Assembly (NCBI GenBank): GCA_028534125.1
Contig: CM052818.1
Coordinates: 46,502,001 to 46,566,000, forward strand
Direction of reading: 5' to 3'
DNA length: 64,000 bases
Source of the DNA: Lama glama
Lineage: Eukaryota
The notes beneath the pieces are model-generated. The model was not told where the DNA came from. It did not search any database and saw only the letters and a program-made list of their open reading frames with translations. This document shows, one piece after another, positions 12,641 through 27,300 of this stretch. Within the stretch, counting starts at the first letter, position 1. Each line of letters begins with the position of its first letter. The translations under genes were made by a program, and so were the position numbers.

Positions 12641-15600
12641 ATTCTTAACCCCCTTCCCCCACCATCAGAGGTAGAGAGCTACCTGGCCACATTTTTTAGT
12701 GTTCTCCATATTATGAAAAGGCTATAAAAGTGTAATGCATTTTTTAAATGTTTGCATGTAACCAATTACCATGTAATCTCCAAAATATAATGCAGTGTAA
12801 TGGTGCTATTGACAACATAGTCACAATATTTGGGAAAAAATAAACTTTATGGTGCAACTAGGCAGTTGGCCCTAAGTTTTTAGTTGAATGACACACATGC
12901 CTCCAGTCCTGTCACTGTATCTCTAGTGACCATGCGTATAACCTCTGTGTAGGAAATGTCAGAAGTCTAACTTCGGGGTCCTTCCTGACTGTGAGGCCTG
13001 CTCACTGATTCCTACTGCCTGGTTCCCTCTGGGAACCTCCGCCATTTTCGTCACCCCGCCCACTCTCTCTCCCCGCAGGAGCAGGAAATTGCCAGAAGCC
13101 CCCGTGTCTGTGGAAGTGGTTGGGCTGGCAGTTCAGTCCTGGTCTGCTGTCTGAAGTTCCAGCACAACCAGTTTACTTCAGGTTCTCCCGATACCTTTTT
13201 TTGTCTTTTAACTGCTTGCCTTTAATCAAACGATTTCCTCTGCCTGAAATCCCCTCCACACTCGTTTGGCCTGGCAAGCTGGTATGTTGCAATATTCAGC
13301 TAAATCCTGTACCTCCTTAATGCAGCTTTTAAAGGTCTGTCCCATCCGTTCTGGTCATTGCCATTCCTTTTCAGGCCTCTGTTGTATGTGTGACATGTGC
13401 CCTGGGTGAGTACACACTTCTGCCTGAAGCCGTGGATGTCCTGGCTGGGGCCCTTCTAGGAGCTGTCTCTCCAGCCTCTGCAGTGTTTCTGCAGTGAGGC
13501 TGGGGCTTCAGAGGAAGCTCTGAGAGAAGACAGCCAGCCAGCCAGCGGTCCTGCTCAACCTCTGTCCTGCGTGCTGGGCTCCCCCAGCCTCTCCTGTGTC
13601 TACAGAGCAGAAGCCCACCGTCACCGAGGTCTTGCTTTCCCAAGAAGGAGTTCCAGGGCACGCTTTGGGGGTCTTTGTCCCTTTCCACTGGCTACTTGTG
13701 GGAAATGTGTATCATCCTCACTCCGCAAAGGCGTGGTGGGAGAATCCCCTTGGGTTTCTGGGGATTTGGCCGCCTTGTCAATCAGGGCCTCCCAGCAGGC
13801 ATTGCCTCCTGCCCCTCCCCTGCTCTCCCCCCTCATCGCACCTGTAGCACATTGTTCTTTTTGGTTACTTCGCACGCCTCCCTGCCAGGCTGTAAATTCC
13901 TTAAGCATAAGGCCTCCTCTTACTCAAGTCTGCATCCCTCATGCTCAGGACCAGTGCTGGCTTAGAGGGTGTTTCAGGTAAGCGGGGCGGGGGTGGAAAG
14001 GAGCACAGACCGGCTAAATTCCCAGCTGATCGTCACTCATTAGCAGTGAAGCCTCAGTGTGGACTGAGCTTTAGTGAGCGTCAGTTTCCTGGTCTGTAAA
14101 ATGGGGCCGGGGGCCGGGCGGAGGGCCAAGCACAGCGGGGGCTCAGCCCGTGGTGGGTGCTGCAGCTGCCAAGATGCTTTTCCAGGCTCGTGGTGGGCAT
14201 GGTCTGCGTATCCCTTGGTTCTTCAGGGTCGGTTGCATTTGCAGCGATCCCTTTTGTGGGTATCGGAGTGTCCAGTGTGTGTCAGACAGCGTGCTAGACA
14301 CGCGGGATACAAAGAAGAAAGGGGCTGCAGTTTAATGCAGTGATTCTCGCATTTTCCAAGACAGCAGCTGCCGGAGGAGTTGGCTGGGCGGCCAGGTGGA
14401 GGCTCCTGGCCTGGGAGGGACCTTTGCCCAGCTTCTGAGTGGCCCTGCAGGGAAGGGCTCTTCACTTTCTCAGCATCTTTCGTTGGCACCCGCACCCTCT
14501 CTGGCTAGAAGGTTGCGTGTGTGGCTGGGAGAGCAGTGGTGACCTTCACTAGATGAGGGGCTCCCCTGCCTTTGCATCTCCTCCTCGGGCTCCCCAGCTT
14601 GCTGAGCTCCCCAAGTCAGGTTCAGTCACCATGACCCGGTCTCCTCCATCTGGTCACCATTGTGCTTCTTACTGGCTTTGTAGCCATAAGCGTTAGGGGG
14701 CCTGTGCTGTGAGGTTTATGGCGATGGCTGCACAGTGCGTCTCCATGGATTAGGAGGAAGATGCATCAGTCTTTCTGGCAGCTTTTTATTTTCTTCAGGA
14801 GGGTTACTTGAAGGGAGATGCGCAAAGCATGGAAGAGTTTTGAAGGAATGCGACTAATTATTCAAAGGGAGATGAAGATGGCTGTGAGAGGTACCGGTAT
14901 CCTCAGCTGGTCAGTTACATTGTCATTACACCGTTGCGTGGTAAGGGGTGATGGGAAAGAGAAGCTTTATCAGCGCTGCTACCAAGCTATTCAGAGAAAA
15001 GAAGCCTTCAGAGTGCAGAAGGAACGAAGGTCTGCTTTTGGTGTCCGCCCTCTCGCCTGACAGTGGGGCCCTCGAGATACTTACTACGCCTCCCCCACCC
15101 TTCTCCCACCCCTCCCCCCACGTCCCCCAACCAGCCAGTCTGGGAAAGCCTGACTTTCTCGGCCAGCAGGACAGGTCATCGGTGGATCCTCCCCGGTGGC
15201 CAGTGTCCTCATGGAGTGAGGAGGCCAGGGGATCAGCCCAGGTGCCAACCAGATGGACCTCATTCTTCGTGCAAGTCCAGGCCTCTGACCAGCTTGCCTT
15301 GCTCCTGTCTTGGCATCAGACAAAGATGTAACATACTTTTTGTTTTAAACCGTAATCCCATAGAAACTTCAGTTTTTAGAGGTTTTTCTGTGCCAAACTA
15401 GGTATCTGTGGCGGGTCAGAGTTGTAGATAATATATACTTTTAGATATATTCAAGTTACTCAGTTACATGGATATTAAACAGCTCCCAGCTGTTACAAAC
15501 ACACAAAATTCTGAATCCTTTCATTTCCTTTTCGAAGGTAAATCGTAGGTAAGGCTACAACATGTGAGAGACATTCAGGTGGTACTTACCTTGTTAAAGA

Positions 15601-18600
15601 CGGAGAAAGAGGCTGTGCCTTTGTGAGGCCACTAGTTTCAGAACCACTCGTTCTGGTTGCTGGATAGATAGTGACTGAACTGAATGTATCTAATTTAACA
15701 ATATTAAATTCAAAGGTAAATGTAAAGATTTGCAGTGAAGTTCTAGAAATTAATTGTATAGAAGGGGAATTGCCTGAGACCAGCGTTGAATTTTATGAAT
15801 AAACCCTGGGAGTTCTTGTTTATTTTAAGGTATTGTTACCTGAGGAGGTCTTGGGTTAGGCGAAGTATTGCCAACATAAATTCCAAATCCTGATTCTGGA
15901 GGGTACCAGGTCAGGAAGATAAATGAACCCAAGTGTAGATGCAGACGTTTTCTGAGGTCACTTTTGCGGATGGTCACCAAAGCTGATTTTTCAAGGGAAG
16001 CTGGAATTCTGGATTTTTTTTGTGTGAAAGTCTTTTTGAGCCCAGACAACACAGCTCGGCCAGATTTGGCTTAGCGGCCGTCAGGAAATAGGTAGCAGTT
16101 TCTGTCTTGCTTGACGGTGGTCATTCTAATCTGAAGGACACTGTTTTGTTCTGAGGCATCAGAGGAACCTTGACAGACTGGGTTATAGCCATAGCAGGGC
16201 AGTCAGGGCCGCAGAGGGCTTGGAAAGCATGTCATGGGATAGATGAAGATGTAATTCTTATATTTCATCACTTAATAATTTCACCCTTAAATTGGCCAAC
16301 AGAATTTCAGGTTAAATTTTGTCTGACTAGTTCTCATCATTAGGAAAGGGTCAAATCTCAGAAATAATCTTGAGAGTTAATCCCCATTAAGGTGGGAAGG
16401 TTGGAGTTTCACACGGCTGTCACCTTCTTATTTCTGCAGATCCAGTGTTACAGTTATTCACCCGCCTGCCTTGTCCAGGCTACTTTACAAGGTGTGACAT
16501 TTAGAAAGAAATGTCTAGCTAGTGGAGGATCAAGTCATACTTGGAAAGGTCTCGATTGCCTAATAAGTCTCTACCGATGTTTCAGCTTTTTAAAGAGTAT
16601 ACATTGAATTTTGGCCGGAATATTTTATCTTGTGATAACTGTCCAGGCTTTGGAGTTTGAGCTTCACTGTGAGTGTTAGCGGGGCCTTTTCTAATACTGG
16701 GACTGGCACAGCTGTTCACGTTAGCTACTTACCAAGAATAGAAGTGACGAAGATTTTCAGTATCTGCTTAGAGCTGAGGGGATGGGGTCGAGGGCAGGGC
16801 GGGGGTACCCTTAGCTGGTCTTTAGTGCCTTTGGTTACTAAATGGTTAAGGGTCCTTCGTCTGAGATTATCCTTTTGTTCTTGGAAAATATTTTTAAAGC
16901 CACATAGTAAAGGAAAATCTTGGTACATTTGGCATTACAACATCAAGCTTCAGCCTCCCGTTGGAATCGAATGCAAATTCTGATAAACTAATCAAAGGCT
17001 AGAATTCTGGGTGTTGTTGAATTGTGTATTTGTTACACTTTTCCATATGGACTGGAATGATTCATTTTAAAGAGTTAGGTTTCCTTTTTAAGGTATGAAA
17101 ATATAAATTAATGGAGAAATAAATATGCTGTTCCAAGATGGTTTTTGGCATAGACGCCATTTTAGCACACGGGACTATGAAATAATTTATAAAGGAACTG
17201 TGTTAGGGATATGGCATTTGGTAGGAAACATGTGAGTTGATTTAAAAAAAAAAAAACCCTGCTTGGAATATTAAAGACAAGAGGATGTTGGGACCATTTC
17301 AGCAAAGACAGAATAGATTGGAATAGGCCAGAAGGCTGGTCTTGCGTTGTTTTCCTTTTTGTATTGATTTTATTGCAATCAGGAACCTCTGGAAAGTAAT
17401 GAGAATATTAAGCCTCTTTCCCTGCTTTTGTCTCTAACTCCAGAGTTGGTAAATGCAGGATATTGAAATTTTAGCTCTTGTAAAATGAAGAGGAATGGCT
17501 GTACAGGCCAGTGCCCTGGCTGGGCTGGTAACGTGGGTTAGCAGGTAGGTCAGCCATCTTTACGTCGGACGGTAAACAACGTGCAGCAGGGCGAGGCACA
17601 GCAAGGGAAAGCCAAGTGTGTGGTGTGCGACTGTCAGTTACATTCCGGGGAAGACGGACTGGATCAAAATTAAGACCCTTCTCTGAAACCGGGACCCAAA
17701 GAAACTAGGTCACAGCAGTGTAGAAGACAGAACTTTGACAAATTGGCATCATTCTGAGAATGGTAGAATTGGGAAGTGTTAGTCTGTGGTGAGGGTTGTC
17801 ACTTTTAGACCATTTTTATAAAAGGAAGTTGCTGGATTGTGGCTGTAATTTTAGATGTTAGGAATTACCACTTTGGTAGTAAAGATGGGAACAGATAAGT
17901 AGGTACCATTGTCCATCGAGCACGTGATACAGGCCAGGGGTTATCTTGGCCCTGGAGAGATGCAGAGGGGAGTGAGGGCTGGTCTGGCTCCTGAGCGTCT
18001 CGTCTAGTGGGAGAGAAGGGCAGACCCCAGGCACAGCTCGTGAAGGAGTGCCAGAAGAGAGGGGCCGGGGTCAGTTTGGCCAAGGCTGCTGAACAGAGTC
18101 CCAGTGATAAGTCAGAGGCTTTAAAGATAACAGGAGGCTTGTTTTCTTACATAACAATTTTGATGTAAATGGTCCAGATTGATGGATAGTTCCCTGCCAC
18201 CTGGTCATCCAGAGACCTCTGTTCCTTCCCACACTTGTGCTGCTGCCTGGGACCTTACCAGCCTGGTTGTGGTTGAGTCTGTGCGGGCAGTGCTCCCTAG
18301 GCGTGAGGTCCCGTGGGAATCCCCTGTAGCACTGGTTAAAACGCAGGTTGCTGGGCCCTACGAGCAAAGCAGTTTGAAGGTGATGTTACTGCTGCTGGTC
18401 TGGGGAGAGTGCCTGGAGTCCTTGGAGGGTTCCAGTCATCCAGCCAATAAGGAGGGGAAGAGCCCTGTGGTCTCAGTTGTCGGCCAGGGGGTCACTTTAA
18501 CCCTCGTTCCTTTTGCCAGACCTTTGTCACGTGGCCGCAGGTCACAGCAAGGAGATGGGTGGGCATGGGGGCTAGTAAATGTCACGCATCTGTGGGAGAG

Positions 18601-20699
18601 CAGGGCAGGCCCCACCACGCTGGAATCATCCAGGGAAAAACAACTGTAACTCGGGGTTGGATTGGTCGGAGGAGGTAACATCTGAGCCCAAATCTTGCAG
18701 GATGAATTTTCCTGGCATCTCAGAGCAGAAGTGCGGCTTGTAGTTTAGGAGACAGTGTTTGCAGAGAGCAGAGCAGGCTGCCTCCTTGAATCAGTGTTGA
18801 TTGATGGCCAGGCTTCGTGTGGGGCCTCGAGCTGCAGAGATTAGAGTAGGTTGATGGGCGGGGTCTCATCATGATCCTGATTTGGGAGCAAATGGGTTTC
18901 ATGTGTTGAGTCTAGCAGTTAAGACCACGGGCTCAGGAGTCAGCTTGGTTCAAGCCCGGGTTCTGTGAGTGTGGCTTGAGCCTTGCTTTACCTGCGTTGC
19001 AGAGCCGCATGCGTAGGAAGCACGCTGTAAATGTGGGCATCGTGGTCATTGCCCTGTTGCTGTGAAATGAAATCTTCTCCAGGAGCTCTCTGGTGAAAGG
19101 GCCTCTGGCTTGTGTGTGAACACTTCTCTGACGGAGAGCTTGCTCCCTTTACTAGGGCAGCCAGTTCCATTTCTGGATAGCTGTCGTGGTTAGAGAGTTT
19201 GTCATCTTGGAGCTCACACACTTTCTGGAATAATCCAGAATTTGTCTGAATAAGCCCACTTCTTCATGATCACCTCTTAGGTGGGTGGAGACATTCCATT
19301 TCGTCTTCACATGGTTGGCTGGTGAACAATTGCACTTTAATAAATTAGGTATCAGGACCCCTAAATGTTCTACTGTGGAATCTGTGGACTCATGAGTGAG
19401 CACTTCCCGCTCTCCTGGGATGGATAGCTCTGCCCCTGAGAGTCCAGTTTCCAAGGGTTGCCCTTCTTAGAGTATTGCAGTGTTGGCATATTTTTTTGAA
19501 GATTTATTCCTTTTTGCCTCTATTGTTTGCTAGCATGTACTAAAAATAAAAATAAAATTGCTGATTTAGCAAGAAGTATGTTCTTTGAGACAATGATCGT
19601 TGAGACACTGGTGGAAACCACCAGGCGTGCCCCAAATACCACTTCTTTAGACTCAGTGGACTAATTGTACTCATGGCTGATTGTGTCCAGGTGTGAGAAA
19701 AAGAGCAGCTCTGAGGGACGTGGATGAAGTGCTGGACGTTGTTCTCCAAGGTTGTGTTTAAAAGGGGCTCCAGCACATCACAGCTTTGGTCTAGTGTCTA
19801 AGGGTTGAGTGCTAAAATCACCAGTGAGTTAAAGCTGAATATTATCAAGGCAAATCTCAACAATTTCTTTGGCTTCAACTCCTGAAAGTGGTCGATGGTG
19901 TCCTGTAATCATTTCTGTAAACATTTGTTTCCCTCTGTAGATTCAAAACATTAGGAATTACCTTCTTAAAACATTCTTATAAAGACTGTTGATTTCAGGT
20001 TTAATTAGTGAGAATAAAACATGTTTTGGGAACCCCAGTTCTCTGTAACACCTTCTTCTTTTTCCATATTCCTTATATATTTTTATTACGTATGTATGAT
20101 TCACTCTGGATATTATTGTGTGAGTTTAGGCTTCTTTCTCCTTGGGAAATTGAGAGGGCAGAGCTAATTATTCTACTTTTAATTCATTTGTCAAGATGTG
20201 TAGAATTCCCAAATAGAGCTTTTTCATTTAAAAAAAGTCATTTTTTAATGACTTAAACTAAATAACTAAAAATCGAATACAGTTCTTAAAGGCTGTTTTA
20301 TGTTAGTACACTAAACAATTTTACAAGTAATACAATTGTAAAATAATCTAATCTCTTACTGATTTTTTAAAAATTTTAGAAAGATTTTCCTCAAAGGATA
20401 TAATGTTCTTCCTGAAGTTGTATAAATAAACCGTTCCTCAACACTCACATTGACTCATTTGCTTTCCTGTTAATGGTTTTCATACTCATCAATTATAACA
20501 GCATTTTACTCTCATAATAACAAACATGTATTTATATTTTAAATGATAGAATATTAATATATAAGTCACATAAGGTAATTTAATTCCAGGTTAAATGTAG
20601 AATGCCTGTTTATATATATATTGGAAGTTAATATTCATTCATGAACAAAAAATATGAATGTGACATGCATTGTTTATATATTGGTGTTATTTTGCTGAT

Positions 20700-21968
20700 T
20701 AGATTAAACGCCTAAATGGAAGACCAGAAACCATAAAACTCCAAGAAGAAAACAGGCAGAACACTCTTTGACATAAATTGTAGCAGTCTTTTTTTGGATC
20801 TGTCTCCTAAGGCAAAGGAAATAAAAGTCAAATAACCAAATGGGACCTCATTAAACTTAAATGCTTTTGCAGAGCAAAGGAAACTATCAACAAATAAAAA
20901 AGCCTCCTGAATGGGAGGAAATATTTGCAAGTGATATGACAAATAAGGGGTTAATATCCAAAATATATAAACAGCTCATATAATTCAATGTCAAGAAAAA
21001 ACAACCCAATTAAAAATGGGCAGAAGATCTGAATAGACATTTTTCAAAAGACGACATACAGATGGCCAACAGGCACATGAAAAGATGCTCACCATTGCTA
21101 ATCATGAGAGAAATGCAGGTAAAAACCACTGTGTTATCACATCGTACCTGTCAGAATGGCCATCATCAAAAAGACCATGAATAATAAATGTTGGCAAGGA
21201 TGTGGAGAAAGGGAACCCTTGTACACTGTTGGTGGGAATATAAATTGGTGCAGCCACTGTGGAAAACAGTATGATGGTTCCTCAAAAAACTAAAAATAGA
21301 ACTACCATAAGACCTAGCAATTCCACTCCTGGGTATATATCCAAAGAAAACAAAACCACTAATTTGAAAAGATACATGCACCCCAGTGTTCATAGCAGCA
21401 TTATTTACAGTAGCAAAGGTATGGAAGCAACCTAAGTGTTCATCAACAGGTGAATGGATAAAGAGGAGGATATATATGTATATGTATATGCACACACACA
21501 TATACATATATACCCACATGCTTGCATATACACAGTGGAATATTAGTCATAAAAAAAGAATGAAATATTTCCATTTGTAACAACATGGATGGATCTGGAG
21601 AGTGTTAATGCTTGGTAGAATAAGTCAGACAAAGACAAATACTGTATGTTACCATTTTTATGTGGAATCTGAAAAATGAAACAAATCAATGAATAAAACA
21701 AAACAAACAAACTTGCAGGTCTAGAGAACAAACTAGTGCTTACCAGTGCGGAGAGGGGGTAGGGGAGGGGCGAGATAGGGTTGGGGGTTAAGAGGTGCTA
21801 TGTACAGAATGAATAAACTACGAGGATATATTATACAGCACAGGGAATATGGCCAATATTTTATAATAATTTTAAATGGAGTATAATCTATAAAAATATT
21901 GAATCACTGTGTTGCATACCTGAAAGTAACATAATATTATAAGTCAACTGTACATCAATTAAAAAAAA
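20700..21968 (+). mobile_element. L1 LINE, 5'-truncated (ORF2 C-terminus remnant, 3' UTR, A tail)
   Basis: Degenerate ORF2 peptides ([21 protein letters not shown] 21386..21580); 3' UTR ending tcaactgtacatcaattaaaaaaaa; internal (TA/CA) microsatellite at ~21470-21510. Confidence 0.92.
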
Positions 21969-22376
21969 TGATAGTTTAGTCTCTCTCAGGTGATAAAATT
22001 GAGATAAGTGACAGATTGAAGGATGCTAGAAATGACCAGGAAAAAGACATCGGACCTTTTGTCCTTTCACAGTCCAAGATCCAAAGCAGGGCAGAATAGT
22101 GGATTTGGGCTGAAGTAACAGGTGAAACCAAACTTCAGTGAATCTATAACTTGAAATGTGGCTGAAATTAGGTATTTCTTTCTTCTTCTTCTTCTTCTTT
22201 TTTTTTTTTTTTTTTTGCTCTTGGGGAGCTGATTCTCCTTTTGTAACATGTACATGTGTTCTTCATTTGTGCATTTCTGATTTCATGTGGATTTTCACTA
22301 ATGTATTATGTACCCTAATAGGGAACTGAATTTAGTTTCTGTGTTTTCTGTCTGATTTAAAAAGTAACACATTTTC

Positions 22377-22424
22377 TTGACACAACACTGTAAAATGATT
22401 ATGAATCAATAAAAAATGTAAAAA
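22377..22424 (+). mobile_element. Extremely truncated L1 3' tail (~48 bp) with perfect 18-bp TSD
   Basis: ttgacacaacactgtaaaatgattatgaatcaataaaaaatgtaaaaa flanked by aaaaagtaacacattttc at 22359-22376 and 22425-22442. It resembles the reverse complement of the L1 end at ~29880-29925. Confidence 0.8.
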
Positions 22425-23879
22425 AAAAAGTAACACATTTTCATTGTATAAAACTTGTAAAATACAGAAAGGTATAAGATGAAAATTTAAAAATCACCCA
22501 TTCTTCAACTCAAAGACAACTTTCACTAACTTCTTTTGTAGTGTGTGTATATTTAAACAAAATTGGGGGCCTACTGAATGTAAGGTTTTTGTAACCTTTT
22601 GTTTTTACTTAACACTTTGAGAGTCACTTTCAATTTTATTTTATTAAATTGATTTCGAAAGCCTATATAATGTTCCATCATTTAGATATATCATAGTTAA
22701 TTATTCCTCTGTTGTATACAATGTTTTTGCTATCATGATTTTGCAACAAACTTCATTTTTTATATATACATATATATGTATGTGTTTGTTGTGTATACCT
22801 GTTTATTTGCCTAGGAAAAGAAGTTTCTTGGGTCTGAAACAATAGTCTGAATTACTAGTTTTTAAACAATTATTAGAACTTTTGCTTTTGCTCTTAAATG
22901 ATTACAGTTTATTTTGTCCTTTATTATTTTAAATTGTTTTTGCTTTTTATTTCATCAGACTTACACACTTTAGAAGTTATATTGTCTTGTTCTTCAGTGC
23001 TTGAATGTTTTATGTGTCAGAAAGTTACCAGTACTCCCCAGCTTGGGTGAGTGTCAGCTCAGGACCAGGGGATGCTCCACCACTGCCCTTACCTTTACCA
23101 TGTGCTTCAAAGGTGGAGATTATGCCTCACCAGATGGAGCCTCCCTTTATCCCTTGCCTCTGGCTTGTGGCTGGGTGTGGGGTCTCCTTCACTCTGTTTC
23201 TGTAAGTGTGGGTTTACTAGGTAATTTCCCCAGCTAGACTAAGCTCTTTGACGCAGGAGCTAGGTGTTCCGGTGCCTTCCTCTTCAGCCATTTGTTGATG
23301 TTTGCAAACAAGTTTATGATGATTATATTTCTAACTTTTAGAGAAATGATGCTAAATCAATCTTAAGTCTCTAAACCATTTGGAAGTCTACCAGCAGTTT
23401 TGTTTAAAAAAAATCAGTTACCTAAAGGCACTTCTAGAATTTCACTGTTATGCTCGACCTATTCATAGTGCTTGCTTCTCTGGTCTCCCCGGTTGATTTA
23501 CTGTTGAGAGAGTTAGACTTGCCGTGAAAAGGGACCACACCACTGGTAGGGTGGCTGGTACTGTGACGGATGCTGGAGGCTGGTGCTGTCTGCCTGCCTC
23601 GTGCTCAGGCCGCCAGGCTGCCAGCGAGGATCATGGCTAACTGAGTTGACATTCTCGTTTTCCTTCTCTCCCTCCTTTTAGAAGCCCTGCTTCATGTTTT
23701 TGAGAATAACAGGGAAAAATCCCCTCTTCCTTGATGTCTCTATTTGCAGGTGAAGAAGAAACAAAAAATTGTCATATGATTTTAGGAAATACATTGCAAA
23801 GAAAGAGATGGTAGGCGTTCAGTGCAAATCCTGTGTCATAGCCCTGCGCAGAGCCCTCTGGGGACGTCTCTCCTCTCTT

Positions 23880-24365
23880 AGGATAGACTCCCAGGTCCCG
23901 CCATGATTTGGCCCTGCCTACCTCTCTAACCTCATTTCCTACAGTTTTTTCTCCGCTCCTCTACCTGCACTGGCCTTTTCACAGTTGCTTGCATTTTGGG
24001 AGCACGTCCCACCGGGGCCTTTGCCCTCATTGCTCCTGCTCCCCAGACCTGAGTGTGGCTCTCCCCTCACCTGCTGTAGCTTTCTGCTCACCGCCTTCGA
24101 AAGAGGCCCTTCTCTGGTCTCCCTCCTCCAGAAGTAGAAGTTCCCATCACTTTGCTTTTCGTCTGTCTTATTTTTTAAAATACTGACCTTAGATTCTTGT
24201 GCACATTTTGACATTATATGCTTATTTATTGTCTGCTCCTCTCACTAAAATGTAATCTCCACGAGAGCAGGGACTTCATTTTCCCCACTGATGGTGCCTG
24301 GTGCCTGGGGCGGTGCCCGGCACGTAGCAGGTGCTCAGCACGGATCTGTCTGTCGTATGCATGAG
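23880..24365 (+). mobile_element. L2 LINE 3' fragment
   Basis: Pyrimidine-rich L2 body followed by an L2 3' end: aatgtaatctccacgagagcagggact...gtgcccggcacgtagcaggtgctca. Confidence 0.65.
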
Positions 24366-27300
24366 CTGTCAGCCTGATGATTATGTGTATTTTTTAGATT
24401 TCATTTCTTGAAGCTAACTGAATGTAATTGACAGCAGCAAGTGATAGAACACGTGACCTGTTTGAGCACTCACTTCTGTTTCCTTTTGGGAAGTTCGACT
24501 TAAGCTTAGCGCAATGTCAGTTTGGGAACTTAAGTCAGTTTGGGAGGCAGTGGTGTCACATGGTGGGAGTGTTGCTTTTTAGGTAGGAGGCCTGAAACTA
24601 GTCACTTCACCTCTCTGAGCTGTAGAAGCCCCAGTCACCTCATATGTAAATAGAGTCATGTTGGAGTTTTAGGATTCTTGTAATCAATAACCCTCTCTTG
24701 CCCAATTTAGACCTGGCAGAGAGAGAAAGAAACAAGAGTCCGATCGATGTGGCTCAGATTGTCAGCCTCACTGGTGAGAGCTGGGTTGGAGGATGTGACC
24801 TAGGTGTACTGCCAGGTGGAGTTTCCAGTACTTTAGTCCTGAGTTAATTTAACTCACCCAAGGCAGGCAGAGCTGTTCCCCCAGAAGGAACACAGCTTTC
24901 CCAGTAAACTTCCCACATAGTGAAGCAGGCTGAGGTGGGCAGGTCTAAAGAAAGCCCCGAAGGTTTAGTGCCGCCATTCGTCCTCTGATGGGCAGACGGG
25001 GCGTTGCACCAGAAGAGACCTGAGGCCCAGGGAACTGGGCGGGGCACTCCTAGCAGGTGGGACCTATTGTGGTGAGGACTTCACTCTTCTGTGTAAAGAG
25101 TTTGGAACATAGTGCTGAATTATTATGGTAATTGTGCATGTCATTATTTATAGCAGTTGCCATACTGGACCATATTAGGTTTTTTCTCCCCATTCACTCA
25201 CTAAGATAGATGGTAAGCTCTTGGGGGAAGAAACTATTCATTATCTCTTAAATCTCTAGTGCTAGACTAGCTAGTGTTGGCTTGTCACAGTCAGTGAGTA
25301 GGTATTTGAGAGGCAGAATGGCATAGTGGAAAGAACATGAGTTTTGGAGTCAGAAAAAAGGCATCTGCTTTAAATTCCTTTTTAGACCAAGGAGGAGATA
25401 TGAAAAAGTAAACACTGAGAAAGGAAAGAGAACTAACACATACATACATACATACATTTAAGATTTTTAACAATAGTAATTAAAACAGTTTCTGCTTCGT
25501 CAGAGAAACTAGCTAAACAAAATAACACACACTCTAAACATTTCATTTTACCTAGATTTCATTGGCTTTCTTTCCTTCACATTCATAGGTAGTGGTAAAG
25601 AAGTTAGGCTCCTGCCAAGTGATGGGTAATTTACAAATGTTAATATTACAACGTGTTTTCCAATTAAAAGGTAAAAGTGAAGTAGGAGAAATTGTCATTG
25701 AAAAATATAGTGAAGTCTTTTTTTGATATATCTCAATATGAAGAGTAAGTGAATATTCTATGGAAAGTAAATGTATGTTCACAGGATTTAAGAAGAGTGG
25801 CTAACATCAGACGTCACTTGTAGACGGTCGTTGGCTGTTTCCCGACTGCCTCCTCTGTTAGGTGTCCTTGAATCCAAGCTGCTTGTCATCCCCAGCGTTG
25901 CTTTAGTTTTGGCGGTTTCTGTGCCCTGACAGCAGTGTCACGTCGTCTGCTGCTTCATGTCGTGACAGGGTGGAGGTTGTAAAGACGTGGGTGTTCCCTT
26001 CTCACTGGCGAACCTTTCCTGTCTAACTCTGACAGAGACAGCCTTTCTCCTTCTTTACCCTCGGGCTTCCCTGGTCTTTCCCAGTCATGATTTCCCTTGC
26101 AGATTGAAATGTCATCTGGCAAATTCTCAAGATCAGGTTTGCTCTCAAAATCCAGGTGAGTGGGCTTCCGCTGGCCGCAGCTGGGTGGGGTGAGGAGGGT
26201 TGCCTCCCCTGGAGAGGGAGGGTGTCTGCAGCACAGCACCCACCCGGTTCCAGGACACAGAAGTCACTTTCCATCATGTGGCTCAGAATGAGCACTTGTG
26301 TATTGTGGATAGTAATTTTCTGAGCTCCCATGTCCTCATTTAAAAAATGGGGTAATAGTGACTATTTTCCAGGTGATTGAGAGGATTATTCAGTTAATGG
26401 AGGATATAAGACGCCTCACACATCCTAACTGCTCAGCAAGTGGCGTTTCGGAATGTGGGCAGATTGTGGGACTTTGTTTCCACGTAGGGTGCGCCTGTGC
26501 GGTGCTGGGCACAGGCCACTTCCTTCGCAGAGCTCAGTCTGCTCCATTGCTCCCCTGGCCGCCGGACACACGGCGGGGGCGCATCTGGCTGCAGCCTCCG
26601 GGACCTCCCAGCCAGTGCCGGGTGGGACTGGGACCAGAGCTCTGGGCTGGTGACACTGCTGCTGTGTGGCCCTCACTGCAAAGTGCACATGTGCCAATGA
26701 GTGCTTTTGAGGTGGTCACTTCTGAAATGAGCAAAAATGTGTCATGGAAAGGTGGTTTTTTGGTGAGGACTTAACACTTAGAGGTTAACTTTTTCAGAAT
26801 TTTAATTTTGGTAAATTACTTCTACTAGGACATAGAATAGAACCCTTAAAAACTGAGAATTTTTGTTGGCAGTTAAATAGGAAAGAAATTTCCTTTGTTT
26901 TGTGAGCTGGGGGCGTAAGATTTAATGGTCATTGTTTCTCTTTGGGGAGAAAAACATCCAAAGACTTTGTTTTAGGCAGAGAACTGTCACATTTTAAAAC
27001 TGTTTTAAAAATAGTTTGTCCTTTCAATTTGCTATTTAAAATTTTTCTTTTTACAACACTTTTTATTATTAAAATTAACAACACTTGCCCGTTGTAGAAA
27101 TTTGGGAAGTATACTGCTAACTTAAATTTTGAATTCCACATCCTTAGGGATAACATCAGCACTTTGAGAATTTATTTATTTTTCTCTCCTTGGATAATCG
27201 TCTTTCTGGAACCTTCCACTTCCCGTCTCCCACGCGGGCTCATTGCTCCGCTGGCCTCTCCCCCAGCTTGCATCCTGCAAGGTCCTTTTACTGCATCTAT

